Assembly: GCA_010093605.1 (NCBI GenBank)
Contig: MU004184.1
Coordinates: forward strand, 188,179-252,178
Source: Lophium mytilinum
Lineage: Eukaryota
Reading direction: 5' to 3'
Length of the DNA stretch: 64,000 nucleotides
This document shows positions 25,763-39,047 of the stretch, piece after piece. A model generated the notes under the pieces. It was not told the DNA's origin and did not search any database. It was given only the letters and a program-made list of their open reading frames with translations. How positions within the stretch are numbered: position 1 is the stretch's first letter; every line of letters starts with the position of its first letter. The position numbers and the translations under genes were made by a program.

Positions 25763-27248
25763 TGTGTCGGTGTCTAGACGAGCGTCGAAGGTGTGGTGTG
25801 TCTAGCCCTTTCCCGTGGAGTGTGGGTGTGTTCCGATCTTGTGCTGGTTGGAAAGCTTGAAATATCGATGCCGGCTAGAGGCTTTTGAATCCCCCAGTCT
25901 TTATCTGAGCAGCGCGTTGAGATACAATGTAGCGTCATAAAGTGAATCCCAAGTTCGTACCCTGACAATGTGAATGAATTTCAAATAAGATTCCATGATA
26001 AACATTGTAGATGTCTAATATGGGCAACGTCGACTATGAGAAGGAATGGAGATGTTATTTTGAATATCTTGAGCGTGTTCAGAGCTGAACTATTTCCATG
26101 CACTTTCCAGTGAACGAGACGAGGGAGAAGATGCGAGTTGCTAGTCGAGTTGAATGAAATATTGGAATAATGGAATATCAGCATCATGCTCTTTCTGTAC
26201 CTAATAAACGAAACAAGAATACATGTCAAGCTGGTCGACTCTTATATTTCATTCTCTACACACCAGGTAGCTCTTTAGGATAACTCACCGAAGGAGCCTG
26301 GATTTCTAGGAATCGCGAAAACAACCGGCACTGAGGCTGCATGGGTATGGGTCGCTTCCAGGGGATACTTTTATAGCTTTTCCTAGCCATCTAGGTCTCT
26401 TCCCTGTAAAGTGGTGGCTTGGAAATGCATCGTGCTGCGGTGCGGCATTATGAGGCGTGCATATATGCTGCCAGGACGGTTGGCTCGGTCAAGTATTTTT
26501 CTACATTGTTCTACTGGATCGGAGTGCTGTTCCAAGAGGCCTTTGACGCTTAGCACCCACATCTTGTCCGCCGTTTCACGTCCGGGTATCAATGTTCGTA
26601 TTATCCACAGCGTCTTCTGAAGATCGGACCTGTTTATTTAGAAATGGCCTATCTTCTTTTTTCGCTTGTCCGACTCCTTGTCTTCCTTGACCTGGGTCTT
26701 TTTGCTCCTCTGGCGTCCGACAGCTCTTCATAAACAGCCCTGGTATCTCTGACCTAAACCTCGCCGGCGTGGACCCGTTGTGCGGCCTTTTCATCCAGTA
26801 GAGCTCCCTGCTGGCGACGTGGGCTGCCCACTCCTCCTACAGCGTGGTGTTCTCCTAGACTCTTTCCAATTCCTCGGCGATGAGTTCAGCCAGGCTAGCC
26901 GGTCTCCTTCAAGGGCTCTGGGAGAACCGGGTGGGACGAGGCTAGATAGGAGCGGTTCCTAATGCTGACTCCGCATTCCCGGTCTGGCGGTTGCGATCTT
27001 TTGATTGCGGGCTAGGCCCTCTATATATAGCTTTGACATAGAGAAACGTACCTGACACGTATTCTACTTCGTCATCACCTATATATATATATGTGTAGGC
27101 TGGAAACGTGTGATGGAACTTCTACGTGTCCTATCCACTCTTTCTATGAGGCGTACGTAGCCTCTTGAAAGAACCTATATAAGCTCACGGAGTCTCTTCA
27201 ATATAACATCATGTTGAACTTCAATAACTCCGTTCTCTGCCAGCAATC

Positions 27249-27373
27249 ACCTTTGAAGACCCAGACAGCAGGATGAAGATCAATCATGCGGATCAAGTAG
27301 CTCACTGTGGCGTAGGTGCCTTCGCCGAGCCTCTCGAGCTGCTTAAAGAGCTTGGATGCTTGCGGCTGTCCAT
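27249..27373 (-). pseudogene. PHO85: PHO85 CDK fragment: exon 1, intron, start of exon 2
   Basis: Reads MDSRKHPS(S, -1 frameshift)FKQLERLGEGTYAT, then intron 27305-27261 (GTGAG donor, acceptor mutated to TGG), then VFKG. Confidence 0.85.
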
Positions 27374-30133
27374 CGTGATCTGCTAGCCTCCGCCAAGAAT
27401 TCTGGCCTAGATGGACCAGTCGTTTCGCGAGTTCAGCGAGGGAGTGCCTGGGTGTGTCCAATGGAGCGTCCCTGGGACGGACGAGAGGCGTACTTGGGGT
27501 CCCGAAAAACAGCGCTGGCGGTGGTGAGATGGTTGGCGATGGCAAGTGATGGTGGGGGTGTGTTGGAGCGTGACGCCGGCGCCCTGCGGTATTTAGTCCT
27601 CTCTTTCGGGTCGTCCACTACGGCGATAGGGATATAGTGCCGCCGTGCAGGAGCCGTACCCAGCGGGATGCTTGAAAAGTGCTGGCTCCGCGGATGTGAT
27701 CCAGAAGCGATTCGCATGGTTCGCGAACCTTGGAGGATGGTTCTAAGCACGTCGTCACAGGCGTTTCTGACGGATAGGAACGAGGCATATGTCGACAATC
27801 CGCCCTTTAACATACTAGTGTCAATCGTGTGGCCCTTCTTTATGAGAAAAGAGTGGGAAGGCCAATAGCTGAGCGTAGCAACGGGTATCGCCCAGGGAGG
27901 GTCAACTTGTCGAAGTAGGCGTCACGCGTTTCGATTCTGCGCTGCGGGATGCATAGAAAGCCTGCTTGAAGAAGACAGAGGAGGACTTCGGCAATTTCGC
28001 GATCGGGGACCAAGGATCGTGGATCGGGCATGGAGGTTCACGCGACGCGCTTTCACGACCGCGAGAAGGTCGGGGAACCCTTCAAACCATTCACTGCAAG
28101 CACGCGTCTCCTCTCATTTTAGGGAGACGCATAGCTACTTGACGCTCTGTGAATGTGCCACCGCACCAAAGACTCTTCTTCAATCACCCGCGCAAGGCGA
28201 GCCGATCAATGGAAAGATTGTGTGCTCAAAGAGCGGGCCAGCAAAAATTACGCCAGTGAACCAGCCGAAGCCGACCCGATAGCGGACCCTCGCCACAGTG
28301 TGCAATGCAGGAGGTTCCACTAGGTGATCGGATCCATGAGCTCGATCACCCTGACAAGGTAGTGTGTGTGGAGGAGAAAGAGGTTCAGAGGGGAAGCGAG
28401 CTTATAAAGGTGGGCGAATGTCTGCCAAGACGCTAGCAGCTAGCGTATGGAATTTGGTGGATGGTGAACGCGGTTGCTGCCTGGCGTCTAGCGTCATGGG
28501 TGAGATGACTAAGGGAGAAAAATGCTCGGGATCGTGCTTGGGGACCACGTGTACAGCGTAACGAGTAGGAGAAAGCGTCACTGACGGGATGTTAGATGCT
28601 ATACCGTCATAGTAGAGGCCCTTGGAGAGTGGCATATCATTATTACAAGCAGCGGCAACTATCTTGAGCTATTGCTGAAGCCTGGCGTAATTCGTGGGTC
28701 ATGATGGCGCTTTGGAAAGCACAGCCAACGCTTGCTGAGCAACGAGTTCAAGCCTAGCACAGGGGCCCAAGCTCCGGGCTCTAGAGTAGACTAAGGCACG
28801 ATCTTATACATGACTGGCACATCCAAGCTTCATACGTTGTGGCACGGGAATCGGGACGTTTGACATTCAGTGACGGAGGGAATCCCGCAGGCAGCGAGGC
28901 CCAGCGCGGAAGTGTCAAGTTCGGGCCGGATAGTCACCAATCATCGCCACGTATACCTAGCCGAAGATGCCGTACAACCAAGAATCTTGTTAGAAAAGTT
29001 GCTATCCAACGTCACCATTCATTCTCGATTATTCATTCACTGCGGAAGACGAGGCCTACCCCTGCCATCCCACCTCGATCCTAAAAACTCCAGTTCGGGC
29101 GACCCCGCCACGTTTCAAAGAAAACCCCCCTCTTTCGACGGTTTGGGCTCATTCTTGGATTTTAGCTCTCAATACCGGGCCAGCTTCAAGACCTGCTATG
29201 AAATGGGGAGGCAATTGAGCTTTTGTTCTTTGCTCGCCATAACCTAGAAAGTGCTTCATAAAGGCCGCAGACATTAACGCGGAGCCTGAGCGAGTTTCCT
29301 AGGATGTCTTCCAGTGAGCATGAAAACATCCTCCGGCTAACCCGTTGGCTAGAGAACACCCCAAGCTCATCGAGATGGTCCTGTCGCTAGGTTGCATAGT
29401 TGACATGTTAAACTCGCCGGGAAGGTTCTGTAGGTGGTGTTAAGATGCTCCTTTGAAAGCTGTGACATGTATCGGCTAGACGTACAGAATGGAATCGAGG
29501 ATCATAGATTTCATTTTATTTATCAAGCACAAACTCATAGACGTTACTTAATCCCGATCTCCACTGGCCGACCTGTCCCGTGCTTTTAGTCAAATTGCTA
29601 TGCCCAGTCGCATTCATCGAGGACATCGCCTCAGATACTGTCAATGGCAGCGCCCAATGGCGAAGATACCCGGTGCTCTCAATCCGACCGCAATTGCAGG
29701 CAAGATCTACCCCGAGTCACCCATATGCCCCGCTAGGCCATCATCAATCTTACCAGCCCAAGGATCGAAAGTGTCCGAGGGTAGTGTCTCGTCAGCTGTC
29801 AGGTATCTTCTTCGAGCTCGGCCGCTTCCAACAATTCTGCATTGACAAAGCTCCAGGACCAAGTCTTCGTTAATCTCGTTGACTGGGAGGAGGATAACAT
29901 CTAGCGTGGGACTTTTGCGAACATCGTCAATAGGTCAAGCGAGAAAAGCCCGTAGGTTGTGCTGGACCACGGGCGCACTCACCAGTTCGCGCAGAAAGCC
30001 GAAAAATAAACTCGGTGGCTGTCTTTATTGGGTCCATTCCATCGCATCTCACTCCGGCAGAAGGCCATGACTTCATCTTTCTTTTAGTCACCACGTAGTT
30101 TGCTAGACCGCCTGCTCCGAGAGGATCACACCA

Positions 30134-30260
30134 CTGCCGCGTGAAATCTTTCAGGTGATGCCATTTGACATCGTAAGGGAGGTTGCCGACGTAGACGCGG
30201 CGATTCTGTTGTAAGGACTCCCGCGGAGACTGCATCATCTGCTTCTTGGCCTGCTTGTCA
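30134..30260 (-). pseudogene. GBP2: GBP2/HRB1-like fragment (start of RRM1)
   Basis: Reads QAKKQMMQSPRESLQQNRRVYVGNLPYDVKWHHLKDFTRQ. Confidence 0.9.
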
Positions 30261-30382
30261 AGAAATTTCGCTCCTCTTCACGTGGTTTGGAATCCGCCGC
30301 TGCCCGCACTTGCTCAGGCCCTCCAGCTAGATCGTGAGGGCATGTTCGAGCTGCTTCGTATGCGATTCGACAACGAGCTGCC

Positions 30383-30470
30383 GGTGATACTATAGCCCTT
30401 GGTGCCGAAGCGACCAGCCCGTCTAACAAAAGTGCAGATACGAGTCAGAGTCGTTCGGGAGATCGTAGTA
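30383..30470 (-). pseudogene. SUB2: SUB2/UAP56 helicase fragment (motif VI)
   Basis: Reads YDLPNDSDSYLH(frameshift)VRRAGRFGTKGYSIT. Confidence 0.85.
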
Positions 30471-30639
30471 CGCGGGGACCTTGGTGGCTCTGCGAAACGG
30501 CGGGCAACATGACTGGCACAGGCCCCCAAAACCTCCAGGAAACTTGTGCCCCGCCGCATGCCATCTTCCGATTTTGGAGCTGGAGCGTTTTGTCATACGC
30601 CATCATCGGCATTAGCGTTCAGGCCTTCTCGATGGGGTT

Positions 30640-30864
30640 GTCGCCGCCTAATTCTCTGATGATTTCGTCAGCGTGATCGTCAATGTTCCAGGGGTCTGCT
30701 TACTCAAGAGACATAGCGAAGTGCTTCTTGATGGACTTCAGAACCTCCTCATCTTCGGCGGTAGCGAAGAATCAGATACAAAGATCCTTGGTGCTGAAGC
30801 GATCCGCACGTCCAACACGGTGCAGATACGACTCAGAGTCATTCGGCAAATCCTGGCCGATAGC
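30640..30864 (-). pseudogene. SUB2: SUB2/UAP56 helicase C-terminal fragment
   Basis: Reads [52 protein letters not shown], then intron 30703-30656 (GTAAGC..GCTGAC..CAG). Confidence 0.85.
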
Positions 30865-31099
30865 ATAGCGAGCAGTGTGCTAGCGATTCTTTCTTGCCGC
30901 TGCGAGTGCGAGGAATGGTCGTATGCGCGACAGCGGAGAAGATGTCGAGCGGGCGCTGCTGAGTGGGAGTGAACACCAGCGGACAAGCTCCTCCGCCTGC
31001 CCTTTTTCGTGCACGCAGATCTGGCGTGAAAACGGAAAAGCTATACACGGCAGAGAGGTCCCAACCACGCCCCAGCGTTATTTCATCAGGGGCTGGACG

Positions 31100-31357
31100 T
31101 GCGGTAGGCGGGTCGAGTTGGCTACGGTCGCTTCTGGAGTCTGTATACTTCAGATCCTTGTCCACGTACTTGAAGACAAGCATCCACTTGTTCTCGGTGT
31201 GGGTGATATCGTGCAGTGAGACGATGTTCACGTGTTTGAGTTCCTTCATCAGCAAGGTCTCGCGGATGGCCGTGGACGGGGTGCCATCTTCAGAGTCCAA
31301 GCGATTCTCCTTGTGAGCGACGAACTCGCCGGTCTAGCGTTTGCGACCTTTGGCGAC
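31100..31357 (-). pseudogene. PHO85: PHO85 CDK fragment (exon 2, PSTAIRE region)
   Basis: CAG acceptor, then [70 protein letters not shown]. The stop is TAG where Q is expected. Confidence 0.92.
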
Positions 31358-31523
31358 CTGGGATTCAGGGAGTATCTGCCGCAGAGCTCATGACCATGTC
31401 ATGCTTTTCAGGCATTTTTTTTTCTTCAGACGGTTCAGAATCTGTTGCCGTCCGCCCTTGCTCAGACCCTCTGCATAGCACTGCTTGAAGTCCCTCAGCG
31501 TATTCTTTCCACAAATTCTGAGC

Positions 31524-32304
31524 CTAGTTTCGCCCGTCCAGCTTCCGCGTCTTACTCACCGGCTCTGCATCCTCGTCCGGCTCCAGATCCTCGCTCTTCA
31601 GCTGCTCCAAGCTAGCTCGCTTCTCCTTGGCGTGCTCGAGATAATCGAAGGCAACAGCACCATCTTGAGAAGAACCGACGCTGCCGGGTGGGTATAGCTT
31701 GTCCCAAGCCTCCTTCGGCAACTAGACCAGCGCTTCCATCTGGCTCTCCGGGAGCATTCCAACCACCCTAAACTCGAGGTCGTCCTTCATGTTCGTTGCT
31801 ATGGCGCGTCCGAGCTGTATCCCGTGCGACTCGGCAACGGCTTGCCAGTGTGCCTACCATGCTGTGGTGTCCATCTTCGCGAGTTCAGGCCCTGGAAATA
31901 GCCGCCCCTTGGAGTTCGTCACGGTTTTGGACGTCCCGTTCTCCCTCGCCTCTGGAGGCGTCCAGATTTCTTGTTCGAGTCCGCCATACGGATTGGGCTG
32001 TCCTGCCCTTCCGTAGGCTTTCCATTCGTGTGACTGGCCCGTCTCAAGACACGGGAACAAGGAGTCTAACATCTGTGCGAGTGTTTGTGGAGTCGGTAGG
32101 TGAGGTGTAGGCTTCCGCGACGGTTTCGCGCATGGCTCGGTCGGCTGGTTTCGGACGGTCGTGGGCTTGAAGGGGCCGAGATGATATCGTTGCTGCAAAT
32201 TGGAACGAGGCGAAGTCGAGGAGAAGGATCGGGGCGACGGGTACGCTGACTGGGTAAATTGCGTGCGGGACGGCGGCAGTGGCGAAGGCCGGGGTTGTGA
32301 CCAC
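31524..32304 (-). pseudogene. Pseudogene of an unknown protein
   Basis: ORFs 31854-32198 and 31524-31721 share a frame and are separated only by in-frame TAG stops at 31856-54 and 31724-22. Confidence 0.55.
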
Positions 32305-32836
32305 GCGTCCAGTGTGTGAGTGGTCAGGTGAAGAGGGACTTCACTTGCAAGGCGGGAAATGAGGCGAAGGTGTTGTTCGCTACGTTGGTCTTGGCCGCAA
32401 GGTAGAAAAAGGTGAATAGGGAAAGAGGGCTTAGCGTACTCGAAATTCCCTCGGATTTCTCATTTATTGCTCTAAGTTCTAGGACTACTAAAACAACGCT
32501 TCACTTTGCAATAGGAAGTGAAGAGGTAAGGAGTTGTAATGACTAAGCCGCTGATTTTGCTATTACGCTCTGGTGTGGGATCGTATTTGTTGCTGGGACA
32601 GACAAAAGAATGCTTGATATGTACTAGATTCCCCGCAGCGATGATGTCAAGACTTTCTATTATCTATCCAAGAGATGCGTGGGCGTTTCTGATGGGATCT
32701 ATAGAAACTGCCATATGCAACATCTAAAGCTCTTACTTATAATTACTTGTAAATGTTTGCTCTTAGCCTACCCAAAATATAATTCTAATATCATCAGCAT
32801 CTGCATGGACCTTTCTTAAGCCGGCCGAGGCTGCCC

Positions 32837-32896
32837 AGAACACATCGCGCTGAACATCATCCTGTTGCTCAGACGTCGCGTGGAAGATCCTTGGAC
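32837..32896 (-). pseudogene. SUB2: SUB2/UAP56 fragment (before motif III)
   Basis: Frameshifted VQxIFHATSEQQ(V)MMFSA, compared with family VQEIFRATPxxKQVMMFSAT. Confidence 0.6.
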
Positions 32897-33129
32897 TATC
32901 GTAACACACTCACGGCATACTTCCATCCCTGCAGACGGCTGGTGGCTTGAAGAGCCGCGACCCTTTCCGACCTCCTTCGCTTCCTCCATCACTGACTTCA
33001 TCGATACTTGTACAAATGAGTATGGAAGCGAGGGAATTTGAGGCGATCGAGCGAGTGGAATATACCTGTGCCAAATCCATTGTTGTATCTTCCAAGCTGC
33101 CAAGAGACATTAGCCTAGCCCTACGGAGA

Positions 33130-33610
33130 GGTCGTGCACGATGGCCATCGAGCGCAATATCTTGCCCAGGATGGATCCTAGATACTAATTCATGAACGTC
33201 ATCGCACGTGTCCTAGTCGGATGTAGGCATCGTCTGGGAGTTGACTGGGAGCTTCTGTGGGATCCGGAAGAACTTGGACACGGTCTCGTGGATTTTGGGC
33301 ATCTCCTGCTTCACCCACCAATCGGCCCTACCCGAGTGACGGAGGTTGCTTGCTTGGACCCATATACCGTGGAGAATGCGACCTTCTGGCTATGGAGCCT
33401 GGCTAACTTCGAGCTATCCTTGGTGAGATGGTCGCAGAATCATACTATCTGTGAACTCAGAGCAGTGAAGTCCAGCAGATAGTTGACGGATTGCATATAC
33501 CCGAGCGTCTGGCCTAGGCCTGTGGACAGCTCGTGGACAATGGCCATCGAGCTCAACCTCTGATCTAGGATGTTCTTTAGATACTGATTCATGAACGTCA
33601 TGGCGCCTAT
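33130..33610. repeat. ~75-bp direct repeat, 400 bp apart
   Basis: ATGGCCATCGAGC..AGGATG..TAGATACTRATTCATGAACGTCAT at 33140 and 33540. Confidence 0.8.
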
Positions 33611-36600
33611 CTTGACGGGCTGGATAGATGAACAGAAGCGGTCCCTTCATCCAGAACTCACTCATGTGGTCTATCAAGATCAAGCGGCTGGTGATAAACA
33701 GATACTCCGCAGACTGATTGACGGGGGTGGGTGGCATGTATCCTCTTTGATCGAGACATGAATCGAGACGGCGGACGGCTTCCTGTGGGGAATGCTGGAC
33801 AAGCTTGAGTTCTTCCTGGTGTTCCACTACACGAACGGCGCCCAGCTTGCTCTGCTTTCCTCTTGATACCGCCCTTCCACGTGAGAGTTGCTCGCCTTCT
33901 CATTCGGTAGACTCGTGAGGTTCCGAAGACAGGGTTCCATGCTTACAATAGACGCTTTTTCCATCTTAGATCTTCCTATCGGAGACTTGTTCTCTCGAGC
34001 TTGAACGTGTCGTTAGAGCGTGTCGTCGCCGGTCGGGATGACTTAGTGTTCGCGAGTGGGTTGAAGTATTTCTCGTACTCCATTCTGAGAGTAGCACGAG
34101 TTGTTTTCTTGGCGTAGGACTTCTGGTGTCTTGTCTGGGCGTGAACTCGGTCGTCGCCTTAGCCATACCAGGTTCTGCTGTGAAGGGCACTGCCGAATTC
34201 CTCGCCCAAAAGCTCCCGACACGACCATCGGAGTTGCCTTCGTAAGAACATTGGCCTTGAGCAGCATTCTCGGAGCGATCTGCATTGGAGCGTTCGGGGA
34301 GTGGAGTTGCGGACAGCTTGACAGATGGGTCCTTCGATTCAGAAAACGCGTCCCAAAGCGTGCTGTATGCTCGGGACCTTCCAGTCGACTTGTTGATCCC
34401 ACCAACGTGCTCCGGGTAAAATTCGGATCAGATAGGACGAAGACGCTATTCTGCAATATACTGAGCGAAAAGAGAGTGTGCTCATGGTCCGGAAAGTGGA
34501 GAGAGCGCAAATGATGTGCTGTGCCTTCGCCGCGACGATATCCGAGTACTGCCTCCTCCCGCATCTCAAGTGTTTGTGTTCGATGAGTGTTTCCTAGATG
34601 TGGTCCCTAGTTCCATCTTGAAAGCAGCGAGTACCCAGTTCTTTGCCCTGGACGCATATCAGCTTCGCACCCTCACATGCTGACCCCTCCTACTCATGGC
34701 GACCCGGTACCCTTGCAGGCCTTTAGTATACGGTATCGGCAGATCGATAACTACTAGAGGAGCTGGAGCAGCGGTAGCGGTGATCGTCATCGTCTCCGCT
34801 AGGGGAATGGCGAGTGTGACGTTGTCGCTTCACATGGTAAACCTCGTCTGAGCTGGGATCGCTGATATGGTCTTATAGAGAACTGGTAAAGGAGGAGGTC
34901 GTACTGGAAGGTCTCCGCGGTGAAGATGCTGGTCTGGAGCTGCAGGTCTGGAGATGCTTCCGCGAGCCCGCTGTAGAAAGACATGAGGGGTCAGCGCGGC
35001 AAGAAGGACTCACCCAACCAGGCGGAGGAGGAATGAAATACGATGTATGAAGTATGTACCGCGGTGAGGTTGTTCCAGAGCTGACAAAGACGGACCCGTC
35101 TATCACATCCCCTGTGGTTCGGCCAGAAATTGAGAACCCCAGAGGCCAGGATTGGACAAGCACTAGAGCGTGCGAGCGATCAGAGTCTCGGCTGACGCAG
35201 CGTAAAGTGAGAGAACAGTCGTTCCAAGAACCACAATGATAGGGAAGACGAAAGGGGAGCGAAGATACCCGCTTTCGAACTGCAGGGCGACGGCGCTTCG
35301 CGATTGTCCGTGATGCCCTATCGTAACCTTCATTACTCCTGCCCTCGACGTGTACCTTTCGTCGCTCATAACTTCGTACGGCTCCTCCTTTTCCCATGTC
35401 TAAGCTCATGCCCCGATCAATTGCCACTCCTGTTCAACTAGTCCGGAGCCAAGATGTTGCCATGTACGGACCCTGCTCGATGTCATGCTGTTTCTTCGAG
35501 TCGCGATCCTTGATCACCACGCCTCGAGACATCAGACAGTCCAGGTTTGGACTGTGCTTCGTGGTCTCGGTAATCATATAGAGTTCCTGAACGAGACGCG
35601 GAGGGCGACGAGAGACTGGACAAGAGTCTAGTGGCGATTTCGAGGAGATATGAAACAGCATTCTGGCCGTGGACACGCTGATCTGATCGCCGTAGGAGCG
35701 TACTAGATGGCCAGAGCCGCAAAGTATGCCGAAAAGTCCAATCACAGACCGAATTTGCGCGATATGGCATCGATGGAAGGCTAGGCTCGGAGAAGCGAGC
35801 TTTTCTCTCTGATCTCCTACCATAATGTCTTCCATCTCTGCAGACCCGGCCGGTGCTGGAAGTGCTGTTGGCGTGGGACGTGGAGTTTGGTATGGGTTTG
35901 TGTGTTGTTCTTTGGTCTCAGCATTTTGAAACTTAGTCAACGATATATCGAGGGAACATGCAAAGCATGGAAGGCCTACGCATCCAGCAAGATCGAATGG
36001 GCGAGCCCATGAGGTCCTAGACACTTGTCTAGCTAGACGGCAAGTGGAAAAGATGCTATTAGGACGGCCTCACGACCAGTTCTAGCTGTCCGCGCTGGCT
36101 GTTGGAGACCTTGAGCGAGCGAAGAGATTGTGAGCGGGAAAGTCGTAGAAGCATAGGGTTGAAGCATCCCTATTGCAGCCCGAGCCAGCCCTTGTAAATA
36201 AAACCACGGCGGATCAGGGAACAAACATACCGATTCGTCAGTTAGTCTGTAGTATCGCGCCAGGAAGTGGAGTGAACGCCGCGTGCGCAACTGTGACGCG
36301 AGATCGGTAGAACCTCGTGGTGAAGTCTGAGATGCTCATTTCTGGAGTTGAGGACAGATGTCATTGACTTCGGAAATTGTGCGAAAGAAAGAGATGCCCA
36401 TCCCATACGCGCAACTTAGCAACTAAGAGCGGCTCTTTCATTCGTTCAAACTGCGCCAGTCTTGGTTCTACCCCTTTGGAAGCAAGCATGGCGTTTCGAC
36501 GCGTCTCTATCGAAGTGGAAGGCCAGCGACACGCGTCGTTACAGCATGCCTATAGGGCAAGGCGGGGAAAACTCTGCCCGGCAGCATCAACAACAACAAC

Positions 36601-38649
36601 AATACGTCACGTCACCACACAAGATAGCTTTGCTTGAAGCGAAGGAGCATTTCTTCTTCGAAGCCCCAGACAAGCTGAGGAGTTCAATGAAAAAAAAGTT
36701 TCGCGTCGGCCCGAGGCAGTGCAATACGAGCGACACTGTGTCCCTGGACATAAGCAAGCCCAGCGGCCCAGGAACGGTTTCCAAAGAGTGGATTAATCAG
36801 GGAAGGCCCCGTAGGACCGTTTCAGAGATTAAACTGAAAAGAACCTGTGAAGATGTTAGTGATGGAAGCAAAAGGACGGCAAGAAAAGAGGAGAGAAGGA
36901 GGAGACTTACAGATACTACTCTTGATCTAAGCCAAAAGGCACTGTGATGGTTGTCAGTGATGATCGAGTGAAGGGTGGATGCGAGTGAGTGATGGTGAAG
37001 GAAGGGAAGTGGGAAAGGATGGGGAGTTGGAGAGGATGGGGGTGGGGTTGGAACTTACAAGAGAGCTGAGGTTTGGAGACTGCTCGAGGCTGAGCTTTTG
37101 TAGTCGACAGACGGCGCTAGTCTGGCGTGATGACTCATCAGCGCTAGACCGTTTAACCGAGCAGGATAACGGGGCCAGAGACCTGGGCGAGTGCTGCCTA
37201 GGCTCCAGTAGCTCGAGAGGGAGGTGGAGCGACTCGGCTACCGGCCAGACGCTTTACACGTGACGAAGGACTTTCCTGTCTATGCCGCCAACCCTGCGCG
37301 CGCTAAGTTCTACATTACGAGGGCAATTCCAATTATGGCCAAGATTCAAGGAACGGGTACTATGCTGGGTGAGCACACGTTATCTGAGGTGACGATGCTT
37401 ATCTGCATTCTCCGAATCTTTCTAACGCCCTTTTCTGAAAAGTGTTACTGTACCTATCTACTTAGGGAACATCAGGCTCGGAGCTGTATGTGAAGCTCGT
37501 CTCCACATTAAGACAAGGACGGCTGATCTGTCAAATCTTAGGAAGCATCTGACGGTAGGTGCAGCCCAATACGTACCCCTCGGGTCCATCAGTTGTTTGC
37601 TACAGGATGCAAGCTTTGCGTTACTTCCTTGCTAGTCAACTCTACGTAGCTTCTAGAGCGTCTTAGTACGGAGAGCTGGTAGATTTACGCCATGGAGAGG
37701 CGCCCCGGCTGTTCAGTACTGTGGACCCGTCTCCCCAGAAAAGAATGGCCACACGGTATCACAATGTTGGCTTATTGCTCCCAAGCAAAGACATTCACCG
37801 GCGGATCAACGTTGCAGTCGCCATGCCTGAGCGCCTGATTGACTCCTTCCAGCAGACGTACAACCTCCAAGTTGGTTCACACGCATCATCTGGAGGGAGC
37901 GGCCGCTCACTTACAATCAGGGTCGATCCACTCCTGGCGATGAGATTAAGTGGTACCCCTTCAGCTACTGCCATCCAAGTGAAGTGGCACAACAAACTGC
38001 GCCCTACCGCGATCTCGCTTAAGACTTCGCTCACCTCAGCCAACCTTCCAACTCGTCACCTTGCCTACTACACCACTACCAAAGCTTGCCCTCAGAGCAC
38101 GAGTCGCAAGGCCTTGTTACGGACCTCATCTCCCGTCGAAGCCCTTGCTTGGCGACATGCCGTGTCGCCGCGCGTCTCCAAGTGAAAGAGTGAATTCTAG
38201 TAAGCAGAACCCCGGACGGTACTACTTCACCCGCCACCTACGAAGTGAAGAGGTCTAACTACTTCTAGATACCGCAGTATTCTTGCTGTAGACCGCCCAC
38301 AACGGACCTCATCGCCTACGCCTTGCTCTACGCGTCGTAAGCATTCCGCGAGCAGACCGCCACCCGAAGCCCGACAAAACGCACGCGATGGCATCGCGTC
38401 CTGGCTCTGCGGGCGGTGCCGTCATTCCGCTACTTTCCGCGCCTTTTTCTCGGGCCAGCTACTGGGCCCTCACTCAATCTTCGCTGGGTCCACATATCTT
38501 CCTCCATACGCTTGATGGCTCTCCGATCGTAAATGGCAGCTGGACACTAGAATCTCTGAAAGTAGCTGTAGCTCAGCGGTGAAGTCGCCCGCCGTTGGGA
38601 GTGCGAACTGGCAAAGACAACAAGGCTGGCAAAGACGAAAAGTTTGGCA

Positions 38650-39030
38650 AGACGACGAGGACCCTTCAACCGGGTGGTGAGTTGTTCTCGATAACATTTC
38701 TCACTACCGTCGCCAACAAAATCTTAAGGGGTTATCCGCGAGACGTGTCTGGGTCGATACTGGGGGGTGCTGGGTGGCTCCGACAGGGGAAGCGCATTCA
38801 GCCCCCCAAAAGACTTAAAGCACCATCGTGAAGTTTGTGGTCGACCCTTGTCACATCCCCGAGCGAGAACAGTGTGTTTCGGCCACCCGGCGGAGTAAGT
38901 ACCACTTCATCACATTCCCTTACCGTGGCTAACAGAATATTAAAAGATTGATCGCGAAACATGCCTTGTCCGATGCTGGGGGTGCTGGGTGGCTTCCGAC
39001 ACAGGAGGCGCATCCAGCCCTCACAAGGCC
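38650..39030 (+). repeat. Tandem duplication of an exon-intron-exon module of unknown origin
   Basis: Two GTRAGT..CYAAC..AAG intron-like segments, each followed by CGATRCTGGGGGTGCTGGGTGGCT..GCGCATYCAGCCC. Confidence 0.7.
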
Positions 39031-39047
39031 CCCGTACCGCAAATATG

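Noticed and set aside
27030..27150. Imperfect palindrome around a (TA)n tract
   Set aside because: Only short matching words; compatible with chance in AT-rich promoter-like DNA.
28670..28730. LLKPGVIRG resembling SUB2 LLKPELLRA
   Set aside because: Short and low identity.
29290..29372. Possible ancient PHO85 remnant (EFPRMSSSEHENILRL)
   Set aside because: Only M....HENI..L matches, too short to call without a search.
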